Shown here: positions 1 through 9,759 of the stretch, in pieces
Layout: the number at the start of each line of letters is the position of its first letter
Position numbering within the stretch: the stretch's first letter is position 1
NCBI GenBank assembly: GCA_963665665.1
Contig: OY762428.1
Coordinates: 2,336,001 to 2,400,000, forward strand
Length of the DNA stretch: 64,000 nt
Direction: 5' to 3'
DNA from: Candidatus Kapaibacterium sp.
GTDB taxonomy: Bacteria > Bacteroidota > Ignavibacteria > Kapaibacteriales > UBA2268
Made by a program: the position numbers and the translations under genes
Notes under the pieces: model-generated
What the model saw: the letters and a program-made list of their open reading frames with translations, nothing else
Told to the model about the DNA's origin: nothing
Databases searched by the model: none

Positions 1-2
1 AT

Positions 3-599
3 AATCGCGGAAAGGAGAAAGCCTTCAGTTTTTATGAAAAATCAGTTAAAGATCATCACCATGCTGTATGCCAGGGGCTGAGTCCCGCCGGCAATCTGAA
101 CGGAAGGGTTCTGATTCTTAACCAGAGTTACGAACCTATCAGCATTTGCTCGGTAAAAAAGGCACTCGTTATGGTTTTCCTCAGGAAGGCCGATATTATT
201 GCCGAAAGGAAGGGCAGAATGGTGAGAACTTCGTCAAGCAGTTTTCCATTTCCGGGAGTTATCCGCCTGCAAAGGTATATTCGTATGCCTTACCGCAAAG
301 TGGAGCTTTCCAGGCGCAATATAATGCGCAGGGACGGGAATAAATGCCAGTACTGCGGGCGCGGCGGGGTTTATCTTACTATAGACCACGTGCTGCCAAA
401 ATCCAGGGGCGGTAAAGATTCATGGGAAAATCTTGTAGCCGCGTGTATTCGCTGTAATTCAAAAAAAGGGAACAGGACACCGGAAGAGGCAAATATGCCA
501 CTGCTGAACAAACCATACAGGCCAAACCACCTGCTGTTCCTGAAGTTATTCATGGATAAAGTCGAAGATTGCTGGAAGCCGTTTCTATTCTTCGATTAG
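3..599 (+). CDS. HNH endonuclease (McrA-like), 5' end at or beyond the window edge
   Basis: Frame is open from nt 3 and reads RVLILNQSYEPISICS upstream of the listed Met; RDGNKCQYCG, TIDHVLPKSRGG and WENLVAACIRCNSKKG are HNH motifs. Confidence 0.9.
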   Translation, partial: NRGKEKAFSFYEKSVKDHHHAVCQGLSPAGNLNGRVLILNQSYEPISICSVKKALVMVFLRKADIIAERKGRMVRTSSSSFPFPGVIRLQRYIRMPYRKVELSRRNIMRRDGNKCQYCGRGGVYLTIDHVLPKSRGGKDSWENLVAACIRCNSKKGNRTPEEANMPLLNKPYRPNHLLFLKLFMDKVEDCWKPFLFFD

Positions 600-605
600 T
601 TCCGG

Positions 606-644
606 ATCTTACCAATCCCGGTAAGATATATATCTCTTTTTTTT
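606..644 (+). terminator. Probable intrinsic terminator of the HNH gene
   Basis: Stem ATCTTACC/GGTAAGAT followed by a T-run. Confidence 0.5.
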
Positions 645-718
645 CACCCGCATCTATTCTGTTTTGATGCAGGCAGAGGGCTAACCCGCCTTGGTTAATT
701 TAAAATTCAATAGAATAA

Positions 719-1590
719 TTATTTCGCCTTCCCAAGTTGTAATTGGGAAATATAATTTCCTGCGAAGTTCAGCTTTGGAATTATTAAACCCAGGCTCTTT
801 CGGTTATCATATCCGACAGCGGCGTAGCCGCGACATTTTTGTAGAAAGGCGAATCCGGAAAGGACAACAGCCCCGTCGGGGCGACATAGACAAAAGCTTG
901 TGTCGCTCCTACGGAGCTTTGAATAATCGTTATACAAATATTTGCTACAAAAATTCCGCTCCTACGGAGCTTTTTTATATAATTTCGATGCTCTTTCGAA
1001 TATCTTATCCGAAAGCAATAAGGATTGGGAAATCCTTTCCCTTTTTTTTGTTGGGATAGGGATATCCCGACCAGCCGTTTAAGATAATGTGTGAAGAATG
1101 GATTCTTCGCTGGAGCTCAGAATGACATCCAGCCTTAGCATCGTTAAATTCAATAGCCACGTGCTTTAGCTCGTGGATAAGGGAGGCTAAAAAAAAGAAT
1201 CCACCCCGTCTCGCTGCGCTCGCCACCCCTCAACGGAGGGAATTTTTAAGAATCCACTCCCGGCCTGTCGGGGGACAGGTAATGTTGTCATTCTGACGGA
1301 GCGAAGCGACGGAAGAATCCATCTTTCTTTGTAGATAGTGTGTGAAGAATGGATTCTTCGCTGGCGCTCAGAATGACATCCCAGCCTTATAATCGTCAAA
1401 TTCAATAGCCACGTGCTTTAGCTCGTGGATAAGGGAGGCTAAGGAAAAGAATCCACCCCGTCTCGCTGCGCTCGCCACCCCTCAACGAGGGGAATTTTCC
1501 GGAAATCCACCCCCGTCTGCTTGTGCAGGCAGGGGCCGGCGGGGAACATGACTCTTCCCATGTTTGCCCAACCATCCGATGGTTAGTAAA
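719..1590. repeat. Mosaic of several REP/MITE-like palindromic families
   Basis: TTCCCAAG..TTGGGAA; two CGCTCCTACGGAGCTT; TGTCATTCTGA..TCAGAATGACA (1286-1378); two CCACGTGCTTTAGCTCGTGG; two CCACCCCGTCTCGCTGCGCTCGCCACCCCTC; relatives recur near 24.7, 30.2, 41.7, 43.7, 47.1 and 55.0 kb. Confidence 0.85.
1082..1514. repeat. Direct duplication of a ~170-bp composite REP unit (about 1082-1260 and 1333-1514)
   Basis: Near-identical copies at an offset of about 251 bp. Confidence 0.9.
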
Positions 1591-1595
1591 ATCTC

Positions 1596-4500
1596 CTACC
1601 TAATCACCAACACCTTTTCAATAAAATGCTGATTGGGTGTTTTCAGGATAACGTAATAAACGCCGTTGGCAAGATTGCTGATATCAGCTTTGAATTTATT
1701 TGCACCGGTGGTTTCGTTGTTTGCTGAAAACATTGTCTGAACCGATTCGCCGAAAGAATTGAATATTGAAAGCTCCGTTTGTCCTTCTTCTATCAATGAT
1801 ATTTCAATATTCAGGCTCTTTTCCGCCGGGTTTGGGGAGATATTTATAATTCCGGCCTCTACATCCGGGTTTATCAGCCTGGCGCCGCCCTCGCGGCAGA
1901 TGCCGAGAAGGGTGAATGTGCCGCTCTGTTTTTCAAATTCGTATTCTATCGGGTTGCCGGAAGGGTCAAGCAGGTTCATTTCCACCACGTCGATTGAAGT
2001 TTCCTCCGTGTTGCCAAGGCAGGCAATTACCGGTATTTCTGATAGTTCTATAGTACTACCGATTTTGCCATTAATTGTAATATAAATGGAATCAACTGTG
2101 CTTTGCCAGTCGATGCTTCCCGATGGAGCCAGCAGTGTTCTTTGGAAGCGGATTGTTGCTTCGTAATCTGTGGCAAGTTTGGCAATGCCCTCGGGTTTTA
2201 CATTTCCGAGCATTAGTTTTAAATTGAACTGGTCTCCGGCGTAGGCAGAATCGTCCGCTGCATAGACAAGGCCGCCTTTGCCTGTACCGAATAGCTGAAC
2301 TATTGCGGGGCTGCCTGCGCCGTCGTACTCGAATCCGAGCTGGCCGGAGGTCCTTCCGCCATATCTCGGCATGAACTGTAAGGACATTTTGTGGTCGCCG
2401 TTCGGGGCAAGGGTAAAAGGCTCGCCTCCGCTGATAATATGGAACTGCTCCATATCCGGCCCAAGCTGGCTGACACCTGTTATATCTATTGTCTGTGCAG
2501 AAATATTTTTTATCAGGACAGTATCTGTAATTGTCTTTTCCTGCGTTAATTCCACTTCGCCAAAATCGAGAATATCACAGGCAAGCTGCAATTTTCTTTC
2601 TTCCCCAATGCCTGTAATATCATATTCCAGTGTTTCAGCCTGTGTAATAATATTCAATTTTGCAGTATGCAGCCCAACCCGGTTTGGTATAAACCTGAAT
2701 TCTGTGGATTGCGCCTTATCAACCTCAATTTCATAAACAGGGAAAGCCGAAACCTGCGCGAAAGCATTTGCATCAGCCCCGGTGAAATATATTGAATCAA
2801 CCCTAACCTTATACGACCCGGTATTCTCTACAAAATCCACGAAAAGGGAATCCTTCATTTCGCCAACAATCTCCCTGCCCATATCTATGCTTCGCGCTTC
2901 TGCGTGTGGGGCGACGATGGAGAAAACGGCGTCGGATGTGTCGGATTGACCTTTTTCTTCTTCAGGTATAAGTTTTACTATCCAGTAGTCACCATACCCT
3001 CCATGATTGCCGGTTACATCTCCATCATTGGACATCGAATATCCAGCAATAATATAGCCTCCGTCATTGGTTAACTGAATTGAATTAGCAGTTTCATATT
3101 CGCTTCCTCCAAGACATTTTTGCCAATCAATATTACCAATTTGATCAAGTTTTACTATCCAACAATCTTGATTTAAATGATAACCGCTTGCATCTCCATC
3201 ATTTCTACCAACAAATCCTGAAATTAGAAACCCGCCATCTTTTGTTTGAACAATATTATTAGCTCTGTCATCACCAGTACTTCCTAAACATCTCTGCCAT
3301 TGAATTTCACCGGATTCATCTAATTTAATAACCCAACAATCTATATAACCTCTTTTTCCGTTCATTTCTTCATTGCTGGCTATTGTATGACCTGAAACAA
3401 TATAGCCGCCATCAAAAGTTTGTTGAATTGAATTTGCTACATCATCCCACTTGCCACCTATACTTTTTTGCCATTGAATATCACCTATAGAGTCAAGTTT
3501 AACTATCCAGCCATCTTTATAACCAAAATATTCGGAAACATCACCATTGTGAGATTCAGTAAACCCAGCTATAATAAATCCACCATCATTTGTTTGTTGA
3601 ATTGAGTTTGCTATGTCCACATCATTGCCACCAAGAACTTTTTCCCATTCGATTTCACCATTGCTTTTCAGTTTAACTATCCAATAATTATATAAAAAAT
3701 ATTTTCTTGAAACATCTCCATCAATAGAATTTGAATATCCAGCAATAACAAATCCTTCATCGTCGGTTTGAACCACAGAAGTTGCATGATCTAGAGCACT
3801 ACCTCCAAGACATTTTTCCCATTCGATTGACCCAAAATTATCTAATTTAAGTATCCAATAATCACCAAAACCTCCATGATAACCATGTAAATCGCCATCA
3901 TCTGAAGCAGAATACCCGGCTACAATATATCCTTTGTCGCGTGTTGGTTGTATCGATTGAGCAACATCGCTACTGCTGCCACCAAAATTGTTCTTCCACT
4001 GAATATGTCCGGTAGGATCTAATTGTAAAATCCAATAATCTTCCAGTCCTTTAGATCCAATAATATCACCATCGTTTGAAGCAGATAATCCGGCTACAAT
4101 ATATCCGTCCTCTTTATTTTGTTGTATTGAATAGGCTACATCCTGATTCCGGCCTCCATAACAATTTTGCCATTCAATTTCGGGACTATTCGAAGGTAGA
4201 GAATTATCTTGAATTGAAACTCTTACCAGGCATTCCTCCGATTCAGGTAATGGAACATAATTCCAATTATAATTCCAACCGGTTGCCGTATCTGTTATCA
4301 CTGACCAAGAAGTACCATTATCAGTACTGAGCTCTATCTTTACTGTATCTGTTTTTGCAATACCCTCCCAGGTAATAATAGTATCGCTTCCAACAATAAA
4401 CTTCTCGCCACCGTTGGGATGAGTGATTTTCAGCGTTTTCTTCTTTGGTAATACTCCGGACCAGCTTCCTCCGGCATATAAATTGGCATTACAAATATCA

Positions 4501-5636
4501 GTTTGGAATTCCATTTTACAGAATGAATAAGCACTGTCCTGAGCTTTGTAACTAATTTGTAAATCTTTACTTTTTCCTTTTTTCAAGGTAAAATTCGAAG
4601 GATAAACATAATAGTTTTGATTGTTGATAATAATGTCATTGATTTTAAAATCAGCATTCTCTGCTGTTACTTTTACAACTTGCCAAACCTTTTCACCCGG
4701 AACAGGATTTTTGAAATAAATATAGGCCGGTTCAAATTCCAGCTTCGCCATTGACATTTCCGGAGGAATATATGATGTTTGAGTACTTATATTATGAGAT
4801 AATAATTCAGCGCCAACATTGATTTTGCTGTATTTACAAAAAAAATAGCTATGCCACTCGATTGTGCATGGATTGCTGCTTTGTGAAATACTCAAAATTT
4901 TAAGATAAATATCTTTTGCATTCTCAATATTATTTACATTTTCAAACCACTTGCTGCCGGTTGATTCTGAAATATTTTTCAAGATTTCCGGACATGACAT
5001 ATTAAGTGTTACGCAATAAATTGAAGCCCCTATTTCGTTTGCTTTTTGGATAATTGCTGCTTCGTTACCTGTAGCGTATCCGTCAGTTAGAAACACAACT
5101 ACTTTTTTGTGCCTCCCATTTTCCGCTGCAATTAAGGCACCGGACATTGGATTTATAAAACCGGCATTGAAATCAGTTCCTCCACCGGCACCCAACGTGC
5201 TTAACTTTTCAAGAAGCCTCGATCTGTTTGTTGTAAAATCCTGAACCATGAAATTTCTTGAATTGAAGGAAGTAATTGCGCATTCTGATTTTCCGAGAGG
5301 CAGCCCGTTTATCCATGCTCTTCCGGCTTCCTTTGCCATATTTAGGTTGCTCCCGGACATAGAGCCGGAAACGTCAATTGTCAGTACGCTTGAAATTGCA
5401 ACAGGTTCTTTCGGTTCCGGGCAGGAAACACTAATCACATCCCTTTGCTCTCCATCCTCGGTTATTTCAAAATCGGATGGGGATAGATTTGTGATCTGAT
5501 CTCCGTTTTCATCAAAGGCAAAGAATTTAGCCCGCATAATAGGAAAGTTTGTTGTATCAATATCAAATACAGAAAGATCTTGTGCCTGCGCTGCAAGTGG
5601 CAGCAGTAGTAATAGGGTAAGGATAGCTTTTTTCAT
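1596..5636 (-). CDS. T9SS cargo: VWA domain, WQKCLGGS beta-propeller-like repeats, ASH/Ig-like domains, CTD
   Basis: Signal peptide MKKAILTLLL; MIDAS motifs DVSGS and FLTDG; about seven GG-x-DxA-SIQQTxDGGY-DYWIVKL repeats; C-terminal ISPNPA..GVYYVIL..KVLVIR. Confidence 0.85.
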   Translation of the reverse strand: MKKAILTLLLLLPLAAQAQDLSVFDIDTTNFPIMRAKFFAFDENGDQITNLSPSDFEITEDGEQRDVISVSCPEPKEPVAISSVLTIDVSGSMSGSNLNMAKEAGRAWINGLPLGKSECAITSFNSRNFMVQDFTTNRSRLLEKLSTLGAGGGTDFNAGFINPMSGALIAAENGRHKKVVVFLTDGYATGNEAAIIQKANEIGASIYCVTLNMSCPEILKNISESTGSKWFENVNNIENAKDIYLKILSISQSSNPCTIEWHSYFFCKYSKINVGAELLSHNISTQTSYIPPEMSMAKLEFEPAYIYFKNPVPGEKVWQVVKVTAENADFKINDIIINNQNYYVYPSNFTLKKGKSKDLQISYKAQDSAYSFCKMEFQTDICNANLYAGGSWSGVLPKKKTLKITHPNGGEKFIVGSDTIITWEGIAKTDTVKIELSTDNGTSWSVITDTATGWNYNWNYVPLPESEECLVRVSIQDNSLPSNSPEIEWQNCYGGRNQDVAYSIQQNKEDGYIVAGLSASNDGDIIGSKGLEDYWILQLDPTGHIQWKNNFGGSSSDVAQSIQPTRDKGYIVAGYSASDDGDLHGYHGGFGDYWILKLDNFGSIEWEKCLGGSALDHATSVVQTDDEGFVIAGYSNSIDGDVSRKYFLYNYWIVKLKSNGEIEWEKVLGGNDVDIANSIQQTNDGGFIIAGFTESHNGDVSEYFGYKDGWIVKLDSIGDIQWQKSIGGKWDDVANSIQQTFDGGYIVSGHTIASNEEMNGKRGYIDCWVIKLDESGEIQWQRCLGSTGDDRANNIVQTKDGGFLISGFVGRNDGDASGYHLNQDCWIVKLDQIGNIDWQKCLGGSEYETANSIQLTNDGGYIIAGYSMSNDGDVTGNHGGYGDYWIVKLIPEEEKGQSDTSDAVFSIVAPHAEARSIDMGREIVGEMKDSLFVDFVENTGSYKVRVDSIYFTGADANAFAQVSAFPVYEIEVDKAQSTEFRFIPNRVGLHTAKLNIITQAETLEYDITGIGEERKLQLACDILDFGEVELTQEKTITDTVLIKNISAQTIDITGVSQLGPDMEQFHIISGGEPFTLAPNGDHKMSLQFMPRYGGRTSGQLGFEYDGAGSPAIVQLFGTGKGGLVYAADDSAYAGDQFNLKLMLGNVKPEGIAKLATDYEATIRFQRTLLAPSGSIDWQSTVDSIYITINGKIGSTIELSEIPVIACLGNTEETSIDVVEMNLLDPSGNPIEYEFEKQSGTFTLLGICREGGARLINPDVEAGIINISPNPAEKSLNIEISLIEEGQTELSIFNSFGESVQTMFSANNETTGANKFKADISNLANGVYYVILKTPNQHFIEKVLVIR

Positions 5637-5745
5637 GTTTTCCTCTGGTTTCCAAATGTTCAGCGCCCCAATGATTGATACAAACCTTAATCTATCTTCG
5701 GACACCCCCAATATTTACAATATTCCAATATCGCAAATTTTAATG

Positions 5746-5771
5746 AAAAAGGCAAGCTCAATGCCTGCCTT
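5746..5771 (-). terminator. Probable intrinsic terminator
   Basis: GGCAGGC/GCTTGCC stem followed by a T-run on the minus strand. Confidence 0.5.
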
Positions 5772-5870
5772 ATCACTAATACCTTCCCGAAAAAATGCCA
5801 TTTGGGGGTCAACTTTTTTCATCGTTGCAATGTATAGAACAAGCATGCCTGTTCCTGGGTTTACCCCGCA

Positions 5871-5895
5871 TTCCGAAGGTTTGAAACCTTCGGAA
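5871..5895. repeat. REP-like hairpin (TCCGA-N13-TCGGA family)
   Basis: TTCCGAAGGTTTGAAACCTTCGGAA; same geometry as the 27642 and 30302 hairpins. Confidence 0.7.
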
Positions 5896-5912
5896 GGTGG
5901 GGTATTATAATT

Positions 5913-8312
5913 TTAATAAACTATTTGCATTTTCCTGATGATTTTTTCGGAAGAAATTATATCAATGATATAAACACCCGGGGTATTTATAGTGAACTCC
6001 GAAATATAATTGTCAATTTTCGTTTTCAGTATCAGCCTGCCGTTGATATCCCTTATTTCAACATCCGAGCCAATTATTCCTTCGTCAATTGTTTCAATTT
6101 TAAAACTTCCGTCTGTTGGATTCGGGAAAATTTTAATATTATCTGTTTCCTGAATATCCCTGACCGAATTAGGGTCGGTAATTTTTACTATGAGTTTTTC
6201 AGACCATTCGCTGGAACCGCAATAATTTGTAGCCCGAACGCTGATCTCTGCATCTCCTTCGAAATCATCACGCCAGTTAATGCTTGCTTTTGCGCCGTCA
6301 GGAGTAATTTCGCCGGCATCAGCAGGTGTAATTCCCCAGATATATTCCTCAACATTTTCAACTTCTACTGTAGTGTATTCCGTATCAGCAGCATTAATTT
6401 TTAGAGAGTCCGGCCCGGCTGGTTTTTCAAGCTGATCGGGTTTCTCGGAAATAAATATGTCGAAAGCCTGGGAATATTCGCTTTCACCACAGTCATTAGA
6501 TGACTTAACTTTCAGGTTAGCAGTACCCGTAAAAGTGGAAGACCATGTTACCATAACAGTATCGCCGTGGCCGGCAACATAACCGGCATCAAACGGGCTG
6601 ATAATCCATATATAGCTGTTTGCTGCCTCTACCGGCTGAATAATATATTCACTGCTGCCATCGCCAATACAAACTTTTTCCGGCCCTGATATATCGCCGG
6701 GTTGCATTGGATTAGAACTTATCCTTACATGATATGCCTCCGACATTGTTTCTCCGCTCTCGTTGTATGCTGTAACGTAAAGATCGGCTTCACCCCTGTA
6801 TGAAGGGCTCCATACGACACTTCCGCTTGTATCGGAATCCGTTGTTTCGGCTGCTTCTTCCGGGTCAACCGACCAGTGGTAACCGGCATCAATATCAAGT
6901 TTTGTGGCAGTGTATATATATAATTGTTCATTCGAAGGATCGCAGATAAGATCATCACCCGAGAGGATTTCCGGAACTCCGGGTTCATCAATAAAATCGT
7001 ATTCGATAACAAAGTAAATTTCGTCGCTCATATCCAGGTCGTTCCATTCTTTAGGATAACCTGTTTTATTACCCTGGGGCCAGATGCTTATCCCCATGGC
7101 AGCGGCATGTTGCTTTTCAAGATAATTATCAGGTTCGTAGTAGGAGCCTTTTTTCTCCATTCCGCCCCAGTTGCAGTACATACCGAATCTTGCCTCGCCA
7201 TTTCCCATTCCGAATTTCCCCTGCCCGTTCCAGAAATTGACGCCATTGCCGTCATTATCTCCGTCCCAGAGCCATTTTCCTTCTTCGTTTTTATCAGTAG
7301 CGCCAATCCAGAGGTATGCTGCGCCACCGCCGTCGAGAACTGCAATATAGTCGTCCGGGACTCCGGCGCCATTGATTATTGCATCATAGATGGCATCGTT
7401 TTCTTCAACACTGCTTATATGTACAAGCCTTCCGCCGCGATCAACTGCGTAGGCAGAAGCTTCTTCCCATGTTTTTTTCAGCTTAACCACCTCGTATCTC
7501 TGATCATTATAAGTAAAATTATGAATATTGGGCGCTTCCATATTCCATTCTTCAAAATGATCGTAAACCACTGCCTGAACAGCTTCTTTAATGATAGCGG
7601 CATCATTGTCGCTGAGTGTAAAATTCCAGTCGATAAGCATCGGGTCATTCTTAAATAATACAGTATAAAATGCAACAGCTGCTGCATAAGAGCCTATTTC
7701 GGATGGATGGCTGTCATCTGCCTGGTATAGTTCAATTACAGGATATTTTTCCCTGATATATCTCCATACTGCACCAACAGGTGATATTATCCCGCCAACA
7801 GTGTCGGCCATCATCCTGTACCTTAAGTTCAGCAGGCTGTCCATTCCCTCGTATGTACAAACCGGTGGCCAATTAGGGCAGTTAGCCGGATCGCCGTTTT
7901 TCCAGCCCCATGTCATGAAGAAAGTGGTTTTTGCATCCGGGTTGGATTGTTTTATAGATTCATCAAGAGTTTTTACAAAAGGAAATACTTCCTGTTCCAC
8001 CTGTGATAACGGAAATGCAGGTTTCTGGCTTTGTTCCTGGAGTACAACAAAGTCCCAGTTGTCGGCATTAAACATATCCAGAGTAGTGTTGTCCGTCGAG
8101 TGCATTTCAAGTGTTGCACCTCCGGGGGCATTAGTCTGGTAAATAAGCATATCGCCGAATGAACCGGCAATATTTGCAATTAGCGCCGGAAGGTCATTAG
8201 TTGCTGTGTAGCTGTTCCCAACGAAGCAGGCACGAACCGTATCCGGCTGCGAGTATACTGTTTCGGAGATTGATATTATTGCAATAATAAAAAGTATAAG
8301 AAATTTTTTCAT
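5913..8312 (-). CDS. T9SS cargo: SGNH-like (DUF4886-type) hydrolase, C-type lectin domain, three PKD-like domains, CTD
   Basis: FVGNSYT and DDSHPS motifs; LWIGATD..EPDN..WNDL lectin motifs; SNDCGES and TNYCGSS repeats; IFPNPT..GVYII. Confidence 0.8.
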   Translation of the reverse strand: MKKFLILFIIAIISISETVYSQPDTVRACFVGNSYTATNDLPALIANIAGSFGDMLIYQTNAPGGATLEMHSTDNTTLDMFNADNWDFVVLQEQSQKPAFPLSQVEQEVFPFVKTLDESIKQSNPDAKTTFFMTWGWKNGDPANCPNWPPVCTYEGMDSLLNLRYRMMADTVGGIISPVGAVWRYIREKYPVIELYQADDSHPSEIGSYAAAVAFYTVLFKNDPMLIDWNFTLSDNDAAIIKEAVQAVVYDHFEEWNMEAPNIHNFTYNDQRYEVVKLKKTWEEASAYAVDRGGRLVHISSVEENDAIYDAIINGAGVPDDYIAVLDGGGAAYLWIGATDKNEEGKWLWDGDNDGNGVNFWNGQGKFGMGNGEARFGMYCNWGGMEKKGSYYEPDNYLEKQHAAAMGISIWPQGNKTGYPKEWNDLDMSDEIYFVIEYDFIDEPGVPEILSGDDLICDPSNEQLYIYTATKLDIDAGYHWSVDPEEAAETTDSDTSGSVVWSPSYRGEADLYVTAYNESGETMSEAYHVRISSNPMQPGDISGPEKVCIGDGSSEYIIQPVEAANSYIWIISPFDAGYVAGHGDTVMVTWSSTFTGTANLKVKSSNDCGESEYSQAFDIFISEKPDQLEKPAGPDSLKINAADTEYTTVEVENVEEYIWGITPADAGEITPDGAKASINWRDDFEGDAEISVRATNYCGSSEWSEKLIVKITDPNSVRDIQETDNIKIFPNPTDGSFKIETIDEGIIGSDVEIRDINGRLILKTKIDNYISEFTINTPGVYIIDIISSEKIIRKMQIVY

Positions 8313-8516
8313 GATCGCCCCGATATTGTTAATATTTTCATCTGCAATTTTAAACAGTAACAATTATAAAATGTTACATGAATTTTCCAAATTTTTATCA
8401 AATTTCGACGATTTTTGTTTAATTATATCACCCTGTTTGATCAATTTTAATTGCAAAATGCATCTATCGTTATTAATTTGTTTCTGAAGACAGAATATAA
8501 AATTGAAAGATTAAAT

Positions 8517-8837
8517 ATGAACTGGATTATACTGTTTGTTGCCGGACTATTTGAAACCGCATGGGCTGTAGGGTTGAAATATTCCGACGGGTTTTCAAAG
8601 CCTTTGCCTTCTGTTATTACAATAGCAGCAATGGCTGTCAGTATCTATCTTCTTTCACTGGCAGTTAAGGATCTGCCTATCGGTACTGCTTATGCCGTAT
8701 GGACGGGTATAGGCGCTGTAGGGACTGTGATAGCAGGTATTTTCTTATTCAAGGAACCGGTGGACTTGCTCAGAATTCTGTTTATTGCCATGATAATAGG
8801 CGGTATCCTCGGCCTTAGGATGACTTATCGCGGGTAG
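8517..8837 (+). CDS. sugE: SMR-family exporter (SugE/Gdx)
   Basis: MNWIILFVAGLFETAWAVGLKYSDGF and PIGTAYAVWTGIGAVG. Confidence 0.9.
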   Translation: MNWIILFVAGLFETAWAVGLKYSDGFSKPLPSVITIAAMAVSIYLLSLAVKDLPIGTAYAVWTGIGAVGTVIAGIFLFKEPVDLLRILFIAMIIGGILGLRMTYRG

Positions 8838-8914
8838 TTTATTGTATTTTATTATGATTTGATTATATTGTAAAAAAATAATTTTATTGCTTTTATTAAG
8901 GTTAGATTTGAATC

Positions 8915-9513
8915 ATGCAATCAGATAATAATCACGTGCCCTTCATTAAACATTTTGTTGCATTATCTTTTTTAATAATACTTTTGAATTCCTGCTTTGA
9001 TCCTGACGAGGAACACTTTGTGGAAGTTCAGCGGGTGGATGATCCGGGCCTCTTGAAAATTGATATTGAACCTGCCGATGATCCGGTTATGTATGTTAGT
9101 GGTGAAAAGATAACTTTCAATGTCACACCGATGAAATTAATGCAAAATCTAAAAATCTATGCTTTGGATTAGGGCCGATGGTTGAAGTTAAATCAAAAAT
9201 ATTGCCCGACAATATGGAATTGAAATTTTTTCTTCGATTAGGTTATCTTTTCTCAATTTCTGATATTGATGAATATGTTGAAGTAAATGGCACAAAAGAT
9301 ATTGGCCGTGATGAAACGATTGATTCAAAAAGTATGTTCATTCAGCCAGGCCTTAAGTATCTTTACAAATTCAATAATTTTGATGTTGGATTCAGTTTCA
9401 GTTGGTTTGCTGATTTCGACAAACTCTATGTAGATCATTATTCTTATAGTACCCAATGGGATGGTGTAAGGCTGACATTGCTTTTCGAAACAAGTCTGGG
9501 GCAATTTGATTGA
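8915..9513 (+). pseudogene. Deletion-fused remnant of a lipoprotein plus OM beta-barrel gene pair
   Basis: 5' part has lipobox LLNSC like the 9760 gene; from about 9133 another frame reads EINAKSKNLCFGLGP..TQWDGVRL, matching YIDSKSVNYCIGLGP..TQWDGIRL of the 11639 gene. Confidence 0.75.
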
Positions 9514-9759
9514 TTTGATTAACAAATTATTTTATAGTGATTTATAAAACATTTATTTTTGTGGATATTAATTTTTTAAAAATTATAAAAGAAATTATAA
9601 ATTTATATGCTTTAAGCTTTTTGGAAATAAGGAAACCGGAAAAAAGGCATAGTTGTATAATTATCAAATTAGTAGCATTATTATCAATAAAGGGCATGCT
9701 TTATAATATGTACATGAAAAAGAGAATACCCGAAATAAAATAGGAGGAATTATTCAGAC

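Noticed and set aside
691-1405. Short ORFs across the REP mosaic (691-1059, 719-937, 1005-1226, 1187-1405)
   Set aside because: Translations of palindromic repeats with no protein-like features
1082-1514. CRISPR array
   Set aside because: Only two long composite copies; no 25-45-bp repeats with unique spacers and no cas genes
6924-7658. Long antisense ORFs such as 6924-7658 and 42367-43050
   Set aside because: Fully overlap well-supported genes on the opposite strand and have no motifs
8340-8516. Guanidine riboswitch upstream of sugE/gdx
   Set aside because: The leader is AT-rich and I see no paired ACGR-loop hairpins or ykkC motifs
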